From positions 114,311,605-114,362,781 of the forward strand of contig NC_068981.1 of the NCBI RefSeq assembly GCF_001194135.2: 51,177 bases of DNA, written 5' to 3'. A model generated the notes under the pieces. It worked only from the letters and a program-made list of their open reading frames with translations. It did no database searches and had not been told where the DNA came from. The translations under genes were made by a program, and so were the position numbers. Source of the stretch: Octopus bimaculoides (lineage: Eukaryota). Numbering within the stretch: the first letter of the stretch is position 1; each line of letters starts with the position of its first letter. This document shows positions 1 to 11,426 of this stretch, piece after piece.

Positions 1-170
1 ATATATACGACGGGCTTCTTTCAGCTTCTATCTACCAAATCCACCCACAAGGTTTTGGTCGACCTGAGGCCATAGTAGAAGACATTTGCCCAAGATTCCA
101 CGCAGTGGGGCTGAACCCGGAACCATGTGGTTGGCAAGCAAGCCCCCACCACCACACAGCCACTGCTGCA
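1..170 (-). mobile_element. tRNA-derived SINE, family A (5' portion)
   Basis: The reverse complement reads GGTTCCGGGTTCAGCCCCACTGCGTGG..CTTGGGCAAATGTCTTCTACTATGG..GATTTGGTAGA..CTGAAAGAAGCCCGTCG. It has a B-box-like head, and the same sequence recurs at 10595, 19499, 31530, 36100 and 51045. Confidence 0.85.
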
Positions 171-699
171 CTTATACAACATCTCATGCAAAAATTTAAT
201 TTACTAAATATAAATAAAATATATTAAATGTTTGTATATCCTTTTCTTAATAGCGTGGAAAGTTATTTTGCCGTAAACATTAATATTGGAGTAGTTTTTA
301 TTCAGTATCTGAACGTAGAGGTGAACCGAGATCTACCACCTTGACATATTTTCTGAAATGTGCGCAAATAGTGACATCGGTTCCGTCTGTTTGTAAGCTG
401 GTGAAGGTGAAATAAGAGAGAATCATTTTAGCGAGAAGAAAGCGGCTTAGTTCAGTTGTTTGCTACTCTGGTGCTTAGACTTAATCGTGATTGATCTGAA
501 TTATCGAAAACATTCACAGTGAGAGACAATGTCAAGGTCTGAATATATTCTTATATAATTGATGAGAATGTTCTTAAGCTTCTATATTTCAGACAAGTGT
601 TGGCCGTGCTATTGTAATTTCTGCTATCTCAATACCTTTGATTACCCTACTTATCTACAATTTCTTCTTCAATGAGGATTTGCTAGCTAAGCTAACCTT

Positions 700-1005
700 C
701 ACCAATTTCAATCTGTTCCTGAAGATCACCTTCATTTTTTGCCCCTAGGTGCTAGCTTTTACTACTCTACTCTGAAAGTCATTTTTCTCAGATCCTTTCG
801 AATCCAAATCAACTTCGATATTAACCAAAAGCTTTTTCAACCATTAGGCAAAATCTTGATCTTCACCTTCTTCCAAGCATTTACAAAGTTAAAAAGTGCA
901 GACGTAACAAAATGAAATTTAATTGTAATCTCTACTAAGTTAGGGTGAGCAGAGACATTGTCAAGAAGCAACATCTTCATATTATGAGAGGAATTCTTCA
1001 GATAA
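700..1005 (-). pseudogene. pogo/Tigger-type DDE_1 transposase remnant
   Basis: Minus strand 971-942 translates LLLDNVSAHP (pogo-family LLLDNAPAH motif). It is followed by AWKKVKIKILPNG*KSFW, resembling the Tigger AW..V....I.N.W..L segment. Confidence 0.6.
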
Positions 1006-1089
1006 TACACGCCGATTTATACAAATACAGACTTAGATATAAACATATACATATGTGTGCACGTTCGTGCTTATATATAAACATACATA

Positions 1090-1440
1090 CCTTGCCAAAG
1101 TATCAGCTGCTACAGTGAATGCCATTGAAAGACTGACCACAATATGGTCACACAGTTATGACAACTACTAAATCAACTGCTATTGTTACAAACAGAATAT
1201 TCCAAGGTGATAGTTTATCTGTAATGTTTTTACTGACGGTGAATCCCTTGTCAGCCTTGTTAACAAAATGACAAGGCATCGTGCTGGGATATGCAGAAAG
1301 GAAGAAAATTAATGTCACTCACACACTTATCATTGATAACCTGAAGTTATATTCTGGTATTATGATCAATATCAAGAGACAATTAAAAATAGTCACAACA
1401 TTCTCATAAGGTATAAGAGTGGAGTTACGGAAGAAAAATT
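1090..1440 (+). pseudogene. R4/Dong-clade LINE reverse transcriptase fragment
   Basis: Translates RIFQGDSLSVMFLLTVNPLS...THTLIIDNLKLY...VTTFS*GIRVE, a degenerate GIFQGDSLSP / HLLYMDDLKLY / FS.DI.M signature with stops. Confidence 0.7.
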
Positions 1441-2078
1441 CTCATACATGATAGTCAACTAAGGAAAGAGAACATGTACAACAATGACATGTCTATCTAC
1501 ACTATCTCTAATGATGAAAGAAAAAAATATACATTCATACATACACACATACATACATACATACATACATACATACTGCGCACGTTAGAATGAAAAATGC
1601 GGGCGCTGAATCCTAGAATATTCTTAAGTATTGAACCTGGACAGTACAGAATAAGCAGTTAAGCTAGGAAAAGTACAGGATAGGAAGAAAATAAAAAGAC
1701 TTAAAATATTGCTTCTAAAGTCCAAATTTTAAAACTAAAATAAATTCCTTTTTATTTTTTAAAACTTTTACTTAAAAGTTTAAATTAAAACACACAATAA
1801 ACTATTTTAAATTTCAATGAAAAGACTAATTACCTGAAAGTTTACACATTAAAAATTTGATATTGCAAATATTTAGTTGAAATGCTTTGATCAGGTCTTA
1901 GTCGAGGTTAAGCAACATAAAAAATACATTGATAGTTAAGTGCCTTTATCTACTTTGTTCAAATGTTGCCGGTATCGAATTTTACGTTGGTAATTTTCGA
2001 TAAATACCACTCTAACGTTTTAGATTAAATTCAGTACACCACACGAAACTAGTGATTTTATGACTTTGCTTGAAAATA

Positions 2079-3196
2079 TAAGGTCATCCCATAAGTTCTG
2101 TCCGAATTTTGAATAAAGAAAACAAGTGATCAAATGTTATATTTAATTGAAATTTAATCATCAATGCATCTTCCCTGATTATCTAGGATTTCCTTCCATC
2201 TATTTACAAGCTTTTTAATCCCATCAATGTAAAACTCTTTTGGTTTCAAAGCGAAGAACTCTGAAATGTCAGTTTCGACCTCCACCTGGCTTGCGAAAGT
2301 TATGTCCTTCAAATGATTCTGTAAACTACGAAACAAATGGCAATCTAAAGGAGCAAGGTCGAGAGAATAAGGTGAATGAGGAATTTTTTCCCAACCAAGC
2401 TCTTCGATCTTCTGTGATGTGATCTTTGCAGTGTGGGGTCGCGCATTGTCCTGATCAAACATCACTCCTTTTCGATTCACTAAAGCGGTTCTTTTTTTCT
2501 TCAAAGCTTGGTTCAAATGCTCTAATTGCTGAGTGAATTACTCCTTTGCAATCCCACCAGATAGAGAGAAGAACCTTTTTTCCATGAAGTTCCCTTCTCG
2601 GTTGTGGTTGAGCCTTTTCCCTTTTACCAAGCCACTGTTTACGACTTTTAACATTTCGATAGAAGATTCATTTTTCGTCACCAGGAATAAGTCTATCTAA
2701 AAAGGGTGAAATGAGTTCGCGAGAATGGAGAGAAGAGCAGATGTCAACTCGGGATTTGCGGCTGCTTTCGGACAATCCATGAGGCACCCATGTTTCAAGT
2801 TTAGGAACCTTTCCAAGTTGTTGAAGATGACGATGAACAGTTGTATGGTTTGAACTAAGCTTTATTGCCAATTCTTCAGCTGACAATGCAAGATTTTCTT
2901 CAGATAATGCCTCAAAGAGCTTATCATCAAACTCAACTGGACGTCTTGTTCGATCTTCGTCTTCAAGGCTGAAATCTCTACTTCTGAATTTTGCAAACCA
3001 TCTTCTGCAAGTTCTTTCATTGCAAGCATTCTTTACCATAAACTGAGTGTATGTTTCGAGTCGCCTCGGCTGCAAAGTTTCCTTTTTTGTACTCATAAAG
3101 CACTATGTGCTTCAAATGCTCTTTGGATACTTCCATGTTAGAANNNNNNNNNNTTAAAAAAAGGTAAAATCGGACAGAACTTATGGGATGACCTGA
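2079..3196 (-). mobile_element. mariner (DD34D) DNA transposon with both TIRs, defective
   Basis: 27-bp TIRs at 2079-2105 and 3170-3196 (26/27 match), with TA at 2077-2078 and 3197-3198. The transposase motifs are given in the next feature. Confidence 0.95.
2154..3136 (-). pseudogene. mariner transposase, disrupted
   Basis: MEVSKEHLKHIVLYEY (HTH), WVPHGL, PGDEK* (W mutated to stop), DNARPH, YSLDLAPLD. I counted 34 residues between the second and third D. It carries a frameshift near 3050 and a short deletion after GVIH. Confidence 0.92.
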
Positions 3197-3959
3197 TACA
3201 TGGTTATCACAGAGTATTAAATGGATACTGTCATTAAATAACAATTGAATAAATTAAATAAATCAATTATTAAACATAAGACATTAATTTCTGGAATTGG
3301 TTATCACAAAATAATATCTATAATGAAATCACCCTAATTTTCATTCAGAGTGAAACATTGATTGCATCTCGGAAATGTACATTTATTATTGGCAAAATGT
3401 AAAAGTAAAAAGAAATGTAGATGCCAGCCTTAACATCATGTATAACAGTCATATTCGATCTAAGAGAACATGGCAATGTCGAAAGGAAATGTATTGAAAA
3501 TTATGGGGTAAAAAAGTTGAATATTTTGCTCATTTTCAGGATTAGAAAATTGATGAAATGTTGACAGTTTGGATAATTCAAATTTGTTTTAAAATAAAAA
3601 TGACGTTAAATTTTAGAGTATTTAAACTCTATGGAGCAAAAAATTATATTAACAAAAGATGGACATTCGTTCTTAGCAAAAAGATTATACACCTCGTATT
3701 TATCTTGCAGTATTTTCCTAGGTCACCGAGGTATCATCTTTAGGAAGCATTAACCATTATATAACTTATATTCTATTCTCTGAATAAATAATAATATGTT
3801 ACGATGAGTTTTCGTTGTGGAGACGGACATCTTGCTAAAATCAGTATCAATTATATGAACTAAGAAAATCATTAAAGTATAAATACTTTCCGTGCAGTAT
3901 CATTTCCTTAACAAGCATTATTTGCGAACATTGCAATATTACGATATGGTTACGGAACT

Positions 3960-4854
3960 AGTCTAGTTCCCAGATCAGTTCTGCAGCGCGCCAATTGGGA
4001 AGCACGCACACGGTGGTGTGCACAGTGAGAGCTAGCGATGACCTTTATGAGGCAGTGTGCTAAGTGACACCGCTGTGTTTACTTTGCAAGTGATGAAACT
4101 TGTGCTTTTGGAATCACGTGTATGCTGTAGTCTGCGATTTTGTCATTGAGAGGAAGAAAGAGCCAACGTGAAATTTTGCGTTAAAGTTGGGAAGTCTGCT
4201 ACAGAAACATTGAACATGCTTCGGCAATCTTACGGCGACGAGGCAATGGGTCGTACGCAATGTTTCGAGTGGCACGGGTGCATCAAAAGCAGTCGAACGT
4301 CCCTGGAAGACCTGCCACGAGCGTCACCCCCGGAAATGTGATATTGTGCATCAAGAATTGGTTCCCCTGAACCAAACCATCAATCGAGAGTTCTACCGCA
4401 ACGTTTTGAAACATTTGAAGGAGGACATTCGGCTGAAGCGACCAGATCTGTGGAGCGCGAAGAACTGGATTCTTCACGACGACAATGCATCCTGTCACCG
4501 AACTCTCCTCACTCGTGAGTCTCTCGCCAAAAACAGTATGTATCGCTTCTGCACTCGCGCAGTTCGACAGATTTAGCACCTGAGGACTTCCATTTCTTCC
4601 CCCCAAGATGAAAATGCAACTCAGAGATCACCGTTTTAACTTCGTTGTCGAGATCCAGTTCAAGTGACAGAATGACCTTGACTCACTTACGGAAAACGAC
4701 TTCCAAGCCGGATTCAAAAATTGGCAGGAATGCTGGAACTGGTGTATTGCTGCGCAAGGTGGTTGTTTCGAATGAGATAATGTTAAAACTTAGGTAAATA
4801 AGTTATTTTTTATCAAACATAACAAGTAGTGGAACTTTTTGATGCCACCTCGTA
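3960..4854 (+). mobile_element. second mariner lineage, internally deleted
   Basis: NVKFCVKVGKSATETLNMLRQSYGDEAMGRTQCFEWH is joined almost directly to IVHQELVP..WILHDDNASCH..DLAPEDF..WQECWNWCIAAQG. The right end is GGAACTTTTTGATGCCACCTCG followed by TA (4831-4854). I found no left TIR. Confidence 0.85.
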
Positions 4855-4869
4855 TGACCATGCTGGAGG

Positions 4870-5075
4870 TATCCAGAGTAGGGTATTACATGACAGCTCC
4901 TCCTAGTATCCAACAAAGCAAACTTTTCTTTCTCTGATAGTGTCTCATATCCGGGGGAGCTTATTGAAGAATAATTTATTTGATAAGGTGGTAATTCCCA
5001 AATATATTCAAAAGATCACGACGTATGCTTGTATAGGTGCCATACTGTATAGTTTTAAGCGTCCTGTTCATTTTC
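4870..5075 (-). pseudogene. RTE-X-like LINE C-terminal fragment
   Basis: Translates KLPRI*DTIRERKVCFVGY*EELSCNTLLWIP, similar to the LP.IS..IRERRLRFAGH..EL....LLW.P motif. Confidence 0.5.
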
Positions 5076-5138
5076 CACAAGTAGCTCAAATAATTCTCTG
5101 AAAGATTATGTTCAACATTATGCTATTCATGTTTATAC

Positions 5139-5171
<33 letters not shown>

Positions 5172-5255
5172 AACACACACACACATATTGGCACACGCGC
5201 ACAGGNNNNNNNNNNNNNNNNNNNNNNNNATATATATATATATATATACACACCA

Positions 5256-5809
5256 AGGGAATGAAAAAAAAATGTTTTTAAAAAGTATAGCCATAGATCG
5301 ATTTCTGATTCAGTGATGTAATACCACTTTACCTTCCTCAGTATGACATAACGGAAAGTACATAATTATAAACATTTATACATGCCATATGAACACAATG
5401 TATCCACAGTAGCATATACAAATGTTCACACTTATATACAAGTGAAATCTAGTTCGTTCATCTCAGCCATGTGTGAATAACCAAAATAACTCAGCAGCGA
5501 ATAAACTTGGTTTAACTGAATTAATAATTATCAATTATGATCAAGGATAAAATCTGTATAGGATTTTATCAAGTAACTAGCCTGCAAAACCAATTTAGGT
5601 AAAAATTAATACAAAGTATTTAATTTTATAAATATAATTATAAAAATTATAATAAGGGCAACTACTGAGTAACGCCACATACTAGAAGATGCCAAACTAA
5701 GTTATTTATCACGTAGACACGGGCTGAAAGCGAGGGAATGAACAAAAAAGTTTTTTTAAAGTTTAGCCATAGATCGATTTCTGGTTTAGTGATGTAATAC
5801 CACTTTACC
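5256..5809. repeat. two ~77-bp direct repeats (5256-5333 and 5733-5809)
   Basis: Both copies read AGGGAATGA(A-run)..TAGCCATAGATCGATTTCTG(A/G)TT(C/T)AGTGATGTAATACCACTTTACC. Confidence 0.9.
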
Positions 5810-5814
5810 GATAT

Positions 5815-6005
<191 letters not shown>

Positions 6006-6810
6006 ATCCCCGCATAAACCGATTGAGTGACAGTGATGTTTCTGTGTGTTTTCCGTGATCTGTTCGATTCACTTGTTTTTTGAGTTTAATTATTCCATAT
6101 GTACACGAGGGTATCATGAATGCGCGTATATGTACTTACACATACACATACGCACGCACATGTATGTGTATGTGTGAACATATACACATGCCTCAATGAA
6201 CGTAAACAGTAACAGAACTCCAAGCATTGATATCCCATTCTAAATAGATCGTTCTTAAACAGACGTCTCCTTCAACAAAACTTGTATCATCTGTTCTAAC
6301 AGAACAATGCTTTAGCTTCCATTTATTTCTACCAACTTCCACAAACGTTTACCATCTTATCACCTCAACCTGCAATTATGGACAGATATTATTTTATTTT
6401 GAATTCAATTTTGCGTTTATTCTTCATATGCTTTATATACATAATTTCACTCCCATCAAAAGAGTAGTTCTTATGACCTCATTATTCTTAATCTTATATA
6501 GCGATTATCTTAACATTTTTAGTTTTCTATTTATTTTTTGAATTTATGTTATTTTGACTTCATTTACTTATCTCTCCTATTTATTTGCTTGGCTAGTGGG
6601 TGTGTCTGGTGAGTTTAACTTCTGTTTCTTATTGTTCTGATTGTCCTTATCCCCTCGTTAGTCTACGATTTTTTTTTCACCCAAATTACTTATTTCGCTC
6701 ATCTAATTGCCCTATCCATGATGATATTCTACTGTATGTTACAAAACTACATTATTTTACCAAATCTACCCCGCAAGCACATTGCCCCAACCACCTGATT
6801 AATTTAAAGG

Positions 6811-7410
6811 TATGAGGTACATTCCAGAAGTTTTGAGACTTCTTTAGGAGACGCAGTTATAACTATCCTAGATTATTGTAATTTTTGTATATCATTACTA
6901 TGTATCAAATGAGCTGACCTGCCAACTTTGGTCATTTCAGATTGAAGGATGTGTTGTAGCAGCACTTAAACTCGCCCTACTGAACATTGATTGTCACACC
7001 TAACCAGCTTGCAAAATGCTGCAGAAACTTATAAAATACTCAAGATTGCTTCTTTTTCGCTGATACAAGACGCTAGGAAAAGACATCATCTGCATCAGCT
7101 GGCCAACAAAGATCCGTGTGTGGAGAAAAATATTTTGTCACAGCGGTTAAAGTTTTGCCATGCAGATCTGTAACACCTGCACCGGTACAATACTCAAGTC
7201 CACGATTTGATCCTGGTAACCAGCTATTTGAGAGTGGTGGGCGTCAAAACTGTCACTCAGCCTTTCTACAGTCAAGACCTTGCTCCTTGTGACTTTTGGT
7301 TGTTCCTCAAGCTTACGGAGATGATGTAGGAGACTGTGACAAGGGTCTTGGACACCGTCGATATGGCAGACTTCCATGGAACCTTCAAGAATTAACTGAA
7401 TTAAATACAT
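6811..7410 (+). mobile_element. third mariner lineage, heavily deleted remnant
   Basis: TIR-like start TATGAGGTACATTCCAGAAGTTTTGAGACT, a NAAETYKILK (HTH) segment, and [26 protein letters not shown] (YSPDLAPCDF motif). Confidence 0.75.
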
Positions 7411-7462
7411 ACATATATATGCACATATATATATACATACATACATACATACATATATACAT

Positions 7463-7539
<77 letters not shown>

Positions 7540-7558
7540 CATAGACATAGATATATAT

Positions 7559-7870
7559 AATTGAAGAAATTGGAGTCAACAAAGAATACGGTTGGACAGT
7601 TATTTTTCATCGCTATAATTCTGTCGACGCAACGTAGTTCTCCAAGAATACAAGTATTTGATTATGCAATACTCATAATGAGATCTAGTTGTGTTTTCTC
7701 AGACTCGCATATCACCTGTGGAAACACAACTAGATCTCATTATACAAACAAACAGTTGCATAATCAAATACTTGGATTCTTGGAGAACTACGCTGCGTCC
7801 AAACAACTATAGCGATTAAAAAATAACTATCCAAGCGTACTCCTTCTTGTTGATTCCAGTTTCTTCAATT
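7559..7870. mobile_element. foldback/MITE-like palindromic element
   Basis: About 7559-7696 is an imperfect reverse complement of about 7722-7870. Examples: AATTGAAGAA/TTCTTCAATT, CGTAGTTCTCCAAGAAT/ATTCTTGGAGAACTACG, ATAATGAGATCTAGTTGTGTTT/AAACACAACTAGATCTCATTAT. The loop is about 25 nt and the flanks are TA-rich. Confidence 0.85.
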
Positions 7871-8716
7871 TTATATTCACACAAGATGAATGGCCAAACT
7901 TAAACTTGGAAGTATATAACAATACTATCGGATAGTACTGGGCAATTCTGACGGTGGACGAACTTTATACTGTACCTTAACACGTTCTGAACGGAATATA
8001 CCGTAACTGTATATATATATATATATACACACACACACATATATATATGCATATAAATATGCATATACATGCACACATATAGACATACATACATACTTTA
8101 TATATATATACATACAATGCAGGAAAAAGCAAAAGTACTTTACAGTCGAACGGAAGGGATTAAGCCGGAACTTCGAAGTTATCGTTAACAATTACTTTAT
8201 AAAAATCATAACTAATGTATACACGCACATGTATGTATGTATTTATGTATGTATAAATATATATATATATATATATATAGATATATATAGATNNNNNNNN
8301 NNNNNNNNNNNNNNNNNNNNNNNNNNNNNNNNNNNNNNNNNNNNNNNNNNNNNNNNNNNNNNNNNNNNNNNNNNNNNNNNNNNNNNNNNNNNNNNNNNNN
8401 NNNNNNNNNNNNNNNNNNNNNNNNNNNNNNNNNNNNNNNNNNNNNNNNNNNNNNNNNNNNNNNNNNNNNNNNNNNNNNNNNNNNNNNNNNNNNNNNNNNN
8501 NNNNNNNNNNNNNNNNNNNNNNNNNNNNNNNNNNNNNNNNNNNNNNNNNNNNNNNNNNNNNNNNNNNNNNNNNNNNNNNNNNNNNNNNNNNNNNNNNNNN
8601 NNNNNNNNNNNNNNNNNNNNNNNNNNNNNNNNNNNNNNNNNNNNNNNNNNNNNNNNNNNNNNNNNNNNNNNNNNNNNNNNNNNNNNNNNNNNNNNNNNNN
8701 NNNNNNNNNNNNNNNN

Positions 8717-8770
<54 letters not shown>

Positions 8771-8870
8771 CGTATGTATATTTGCTTGTTGCAACATCAG
8801 CGACTGTACGTTGCTTCAAATTTTATATATTGCGAGAAGAAGGGAGCTACTGCCATCTGTAGTAGATGTG

Positions 8871-8918
8871 GTGTCCAGTACTGAAGAGGGCCCGAAACCA
8901 GACTGGCTTACTGGTCAC
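8871..8918 (+). ncRNA. minimal type I hammerhead ribozyme-like motif (U16.1 to C variant)
   Basis: GTG-T-CCAGTA / CTGAAGA / GGGCCC / GAA / ACCAG-A-CTGGC / T / TACTGG-T-CAC. Stem I pairs 9 of 10 positions and the core is intact, but position 16.1 (8907) is C instead of U. Confidence 0.7.
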
Positions 8919-9548
8919 GTCGCTAGAAGGTGGTAGGGTTTTGCTCCTCTGCTCACGATATCTTGGATACAGTTGTGCATCGTTAACCAGCGAGAGGAGA
9001 TATCCTGCTGGGGTTAAAAGGTTGCAATAAAGCCTGTTCGCACGGACAGCCATGTTGAAGTTGAATATAGAGAGATAATTGTATAGCGTACAATTATACT
9101 TAAGGGCACAGAAGCAAAAATGCCAATAATCTAAAAATAGACACCAAATACGTCCAGCCACTGCAAATCTGCACTTCACATTAAACGTAGGTTGAAAGCG
9201 GGAAAGTGAACTGATTAAACATTCATAAAATAATTCAGATAGTTTTGGATTGACCAGTTTCTGGATTAGTTTAATAACTTTTCCTTCATTAGCAAAACAT
9301 AGTAAACGAAATAAATGAAAATATTTACATATAACCACAGAAAAACACACGCAAAAATGCGAGTACAAACAAATATTCACAAATATATACACATCGAATT
9401 TCCTAGTACACCTCAACACGTGTGTATTTTGTCAGAATAGTAAATAGACTGTCCCGAAATGAATGGGATACATTTAAACATAAAGGATAAAATCATTAAA
9501 ATTAAAATGAGTTTTATCATTATTATATATATCTATATATAATACACT

Positions 9549-9770
9549 GAAATAATGGGTTATATACATTTATTCATTCATTATAGGTTTACGGCTGTTT
9601 CAGATATGACCATGGTTTAATATAATAGATATTTGGGTGTGTTTCAGATATGCCCATGGTTTAATATAATAGATATTTGGGTGTGTTCATGGTGTAACGT
9701 AATAGACAGAAATAATGGGTTATATGCATTTACTCGTGCATTATGGGCTTACGTCTGTTTCAGATATTCA
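9549..9770. repeat. local tandem duplications
   Basis: A 44-bp unit occurs twice (9597-9640 and 9641-9684, one mismatch). It lies inside a larger duplication whose first ~59 bp recur at 9549 and 9710. Confidence 0.9.
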
Positions 9771-9970
9771 TTTGGGTGTCTTGGTTTAATCTTATTAGTC
9801 GATCGGGATTTACAAATTTCAATGATGATGGACTTTCGGATTAGCTGGAGTACAATACTGATCACAAGACATTTTTCTTAGCCTGGTGTATTTTTATCTC
9901 CTGAGGGTTGAAGAACTATTTCGATGGATTATTAATCCTTTATTAATCGTATTTTGTTATATATATATAT

Positions 9971-10301
9971 AACGTGAAGTATATTTGCCACTTAAATGCG
10001 GCTAACCACTAAGGGTGAATGCTACTATAGCTTGTAGCCCTGGGAGAACACCTTCTCCAGCTGGCTATTGACACACTTTCTGTACCCTATCAGTATTTGC
10101 AAAGAGAAATCATCCTTCCCATCGTAGACCTGACGTGATACGCGCGGACCCGAGTTTCTGGGTATTTACCCTTCGTCAGCGCATGACAATCACCGGTCTT
10201 CGATGCGAAGGAGTCCCGATGCAAATACATATATATCCTTTTTCCAGTAGCATTCACCCTTAGTGGTTAGCCGCATTTAAGTGGCAAATACACTTCACGT
10301 T
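9971..10301 (-). mobile_element. 331-bp non-autonomous element with 56-bp inverted ends and an internal hammerhead
   Basis: 9971-10026 matches the reverse complement of 10246-10301 at 55/56 positions. Inner inverted repeats are 10093-10101/10220-10228 (9/9) and 10113-10130/10195-10212 (16/18). There is no ORF. The strand is assigned from the ribozyme. Confidence 0.85.
10141..10183 (-). ncRNA. minimal type I hammerhead ribozyme motif, near intact
   Basis: The minus strand reads TGCG / CTGACGA / A / GGGT-AAAT-ACCC / A / GAA / AC-TCGG-GT / C / CGCG. All conserved core bases are present with a GUC triplet. Predicted cleavage is between 10147 and 10146. An extra A lies on each side of stem II. 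Confidence 0.8.
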
Positions 10302-10594
10302 GTCGCGCAGCTACTGTTTATATCTCGTTCAGAGATTTATTATTGCTTATATATAANNNNNNNNNNNNNNNNNNNNNNNNNNNNNNNNNNNNNNNNNNNN
10401 NNNNNNNNNNNNNNNNNNNNNNNNNNTATATATATATATATATATATTATACTGTGAAACTTAATTTAACCTACTTTTTTCCGTCTTGGGCTTATATGCC
10501 CCATTATTAGACTACCTTCTTTAGTCCTTACGATCGCTTATAAGCTTTAAGCTTATAAAATACTATTAATAATATATATATACACACATATATG

Positions 10595-10716
10595 TATGGG
10601 CTTCTTTCAGTTTCCGTCTACCAAATACACTCACAAGGCTTTGGCCGGCCAGAGGCTACAGTAGAAAAGTTTTTGCATAACGGGCCATATGGTTCCGGGT
10701 TCAGTCCCGGAACCAT
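10595..10716 (-). mobile_element. SINE family A fragment with internal micro-inversion
   Basis: GGGCTTCTTTCAGTTTCCGTCTACCAAAT.. body, then ATGGTTCCGGG-TTCAGT-CCCGGAACCAT (10689-10716). Confidence 0.8.
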
Positions 10717-11383
10717 TTTTAGGCGTTTTTCAATGACGTTCTATAAAGTCTGAATAATACAACATACAATGCCATTTTATTTAAAAACATAGTTTAATTA
10801 TATCTACAGGTACGTAGATTCTAGGAAGGTAGGTAACTAGGTAGCGAGATTGGTAGGTAGATTCGGTGGGTAGTAAGAAACATTAGGAAAACCTGAGCAG
10901 CAGTTCTTGAGAACCACCCACCTAGCGCCATGCAAGTGCTTCTGTCCTCCGTGAAGGCATTCCTTCTTGACCAGAATTGGAATTCTTCCCAGATGCTTCT
11001 ACCATTATATTAAAAGTTTTGTCTCTCTCTCTTTCAGAAAATGAGAGCCGGTTTCTAAGATCAAACCCCGTCCCACCTACCTAACGAAGACTTTCATTTG
11101 CAAGCCAGATTCTCTCTGTCCGAATGTTCAACTGTTATATTTTTCAGTCTTGTAGATGTGAACTTTCTCCATTCTGCTTTCATATGGCATTATGACTGGG
11201 GAAAAACTTCTCCTGGTCCCCTGTTATACGATAACTTAACTGCAAAGTGAGTGCTGGGATATCTGTTGTAGTTAGGCAAGCAATTTCAATTAATTTAATA
11301 AGAGTTACAATGCGCATATATGTAGGTCATACATGAAAGAATTAGCAGACAGTGAGAGAGAGAGAGAGGGAGAGAGAGGGAGA

Positions 11384-11426
<43 letters not shown>

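Noticed and set aside
10538-10558. Short perfect palindromes (TTATAAGCTT-T-AAGCTTATAA; also 50723-50749 and 3954-3970)
   Set aside because: They are only 8-10 bp arms in AT-rich DNA with no supporting context.
11080-11245. Candidate host exon on the minus strand (AG acceptors, GTAGG donor)
   Set aside because: All frames from both acceptors hit stop codons before the donor.
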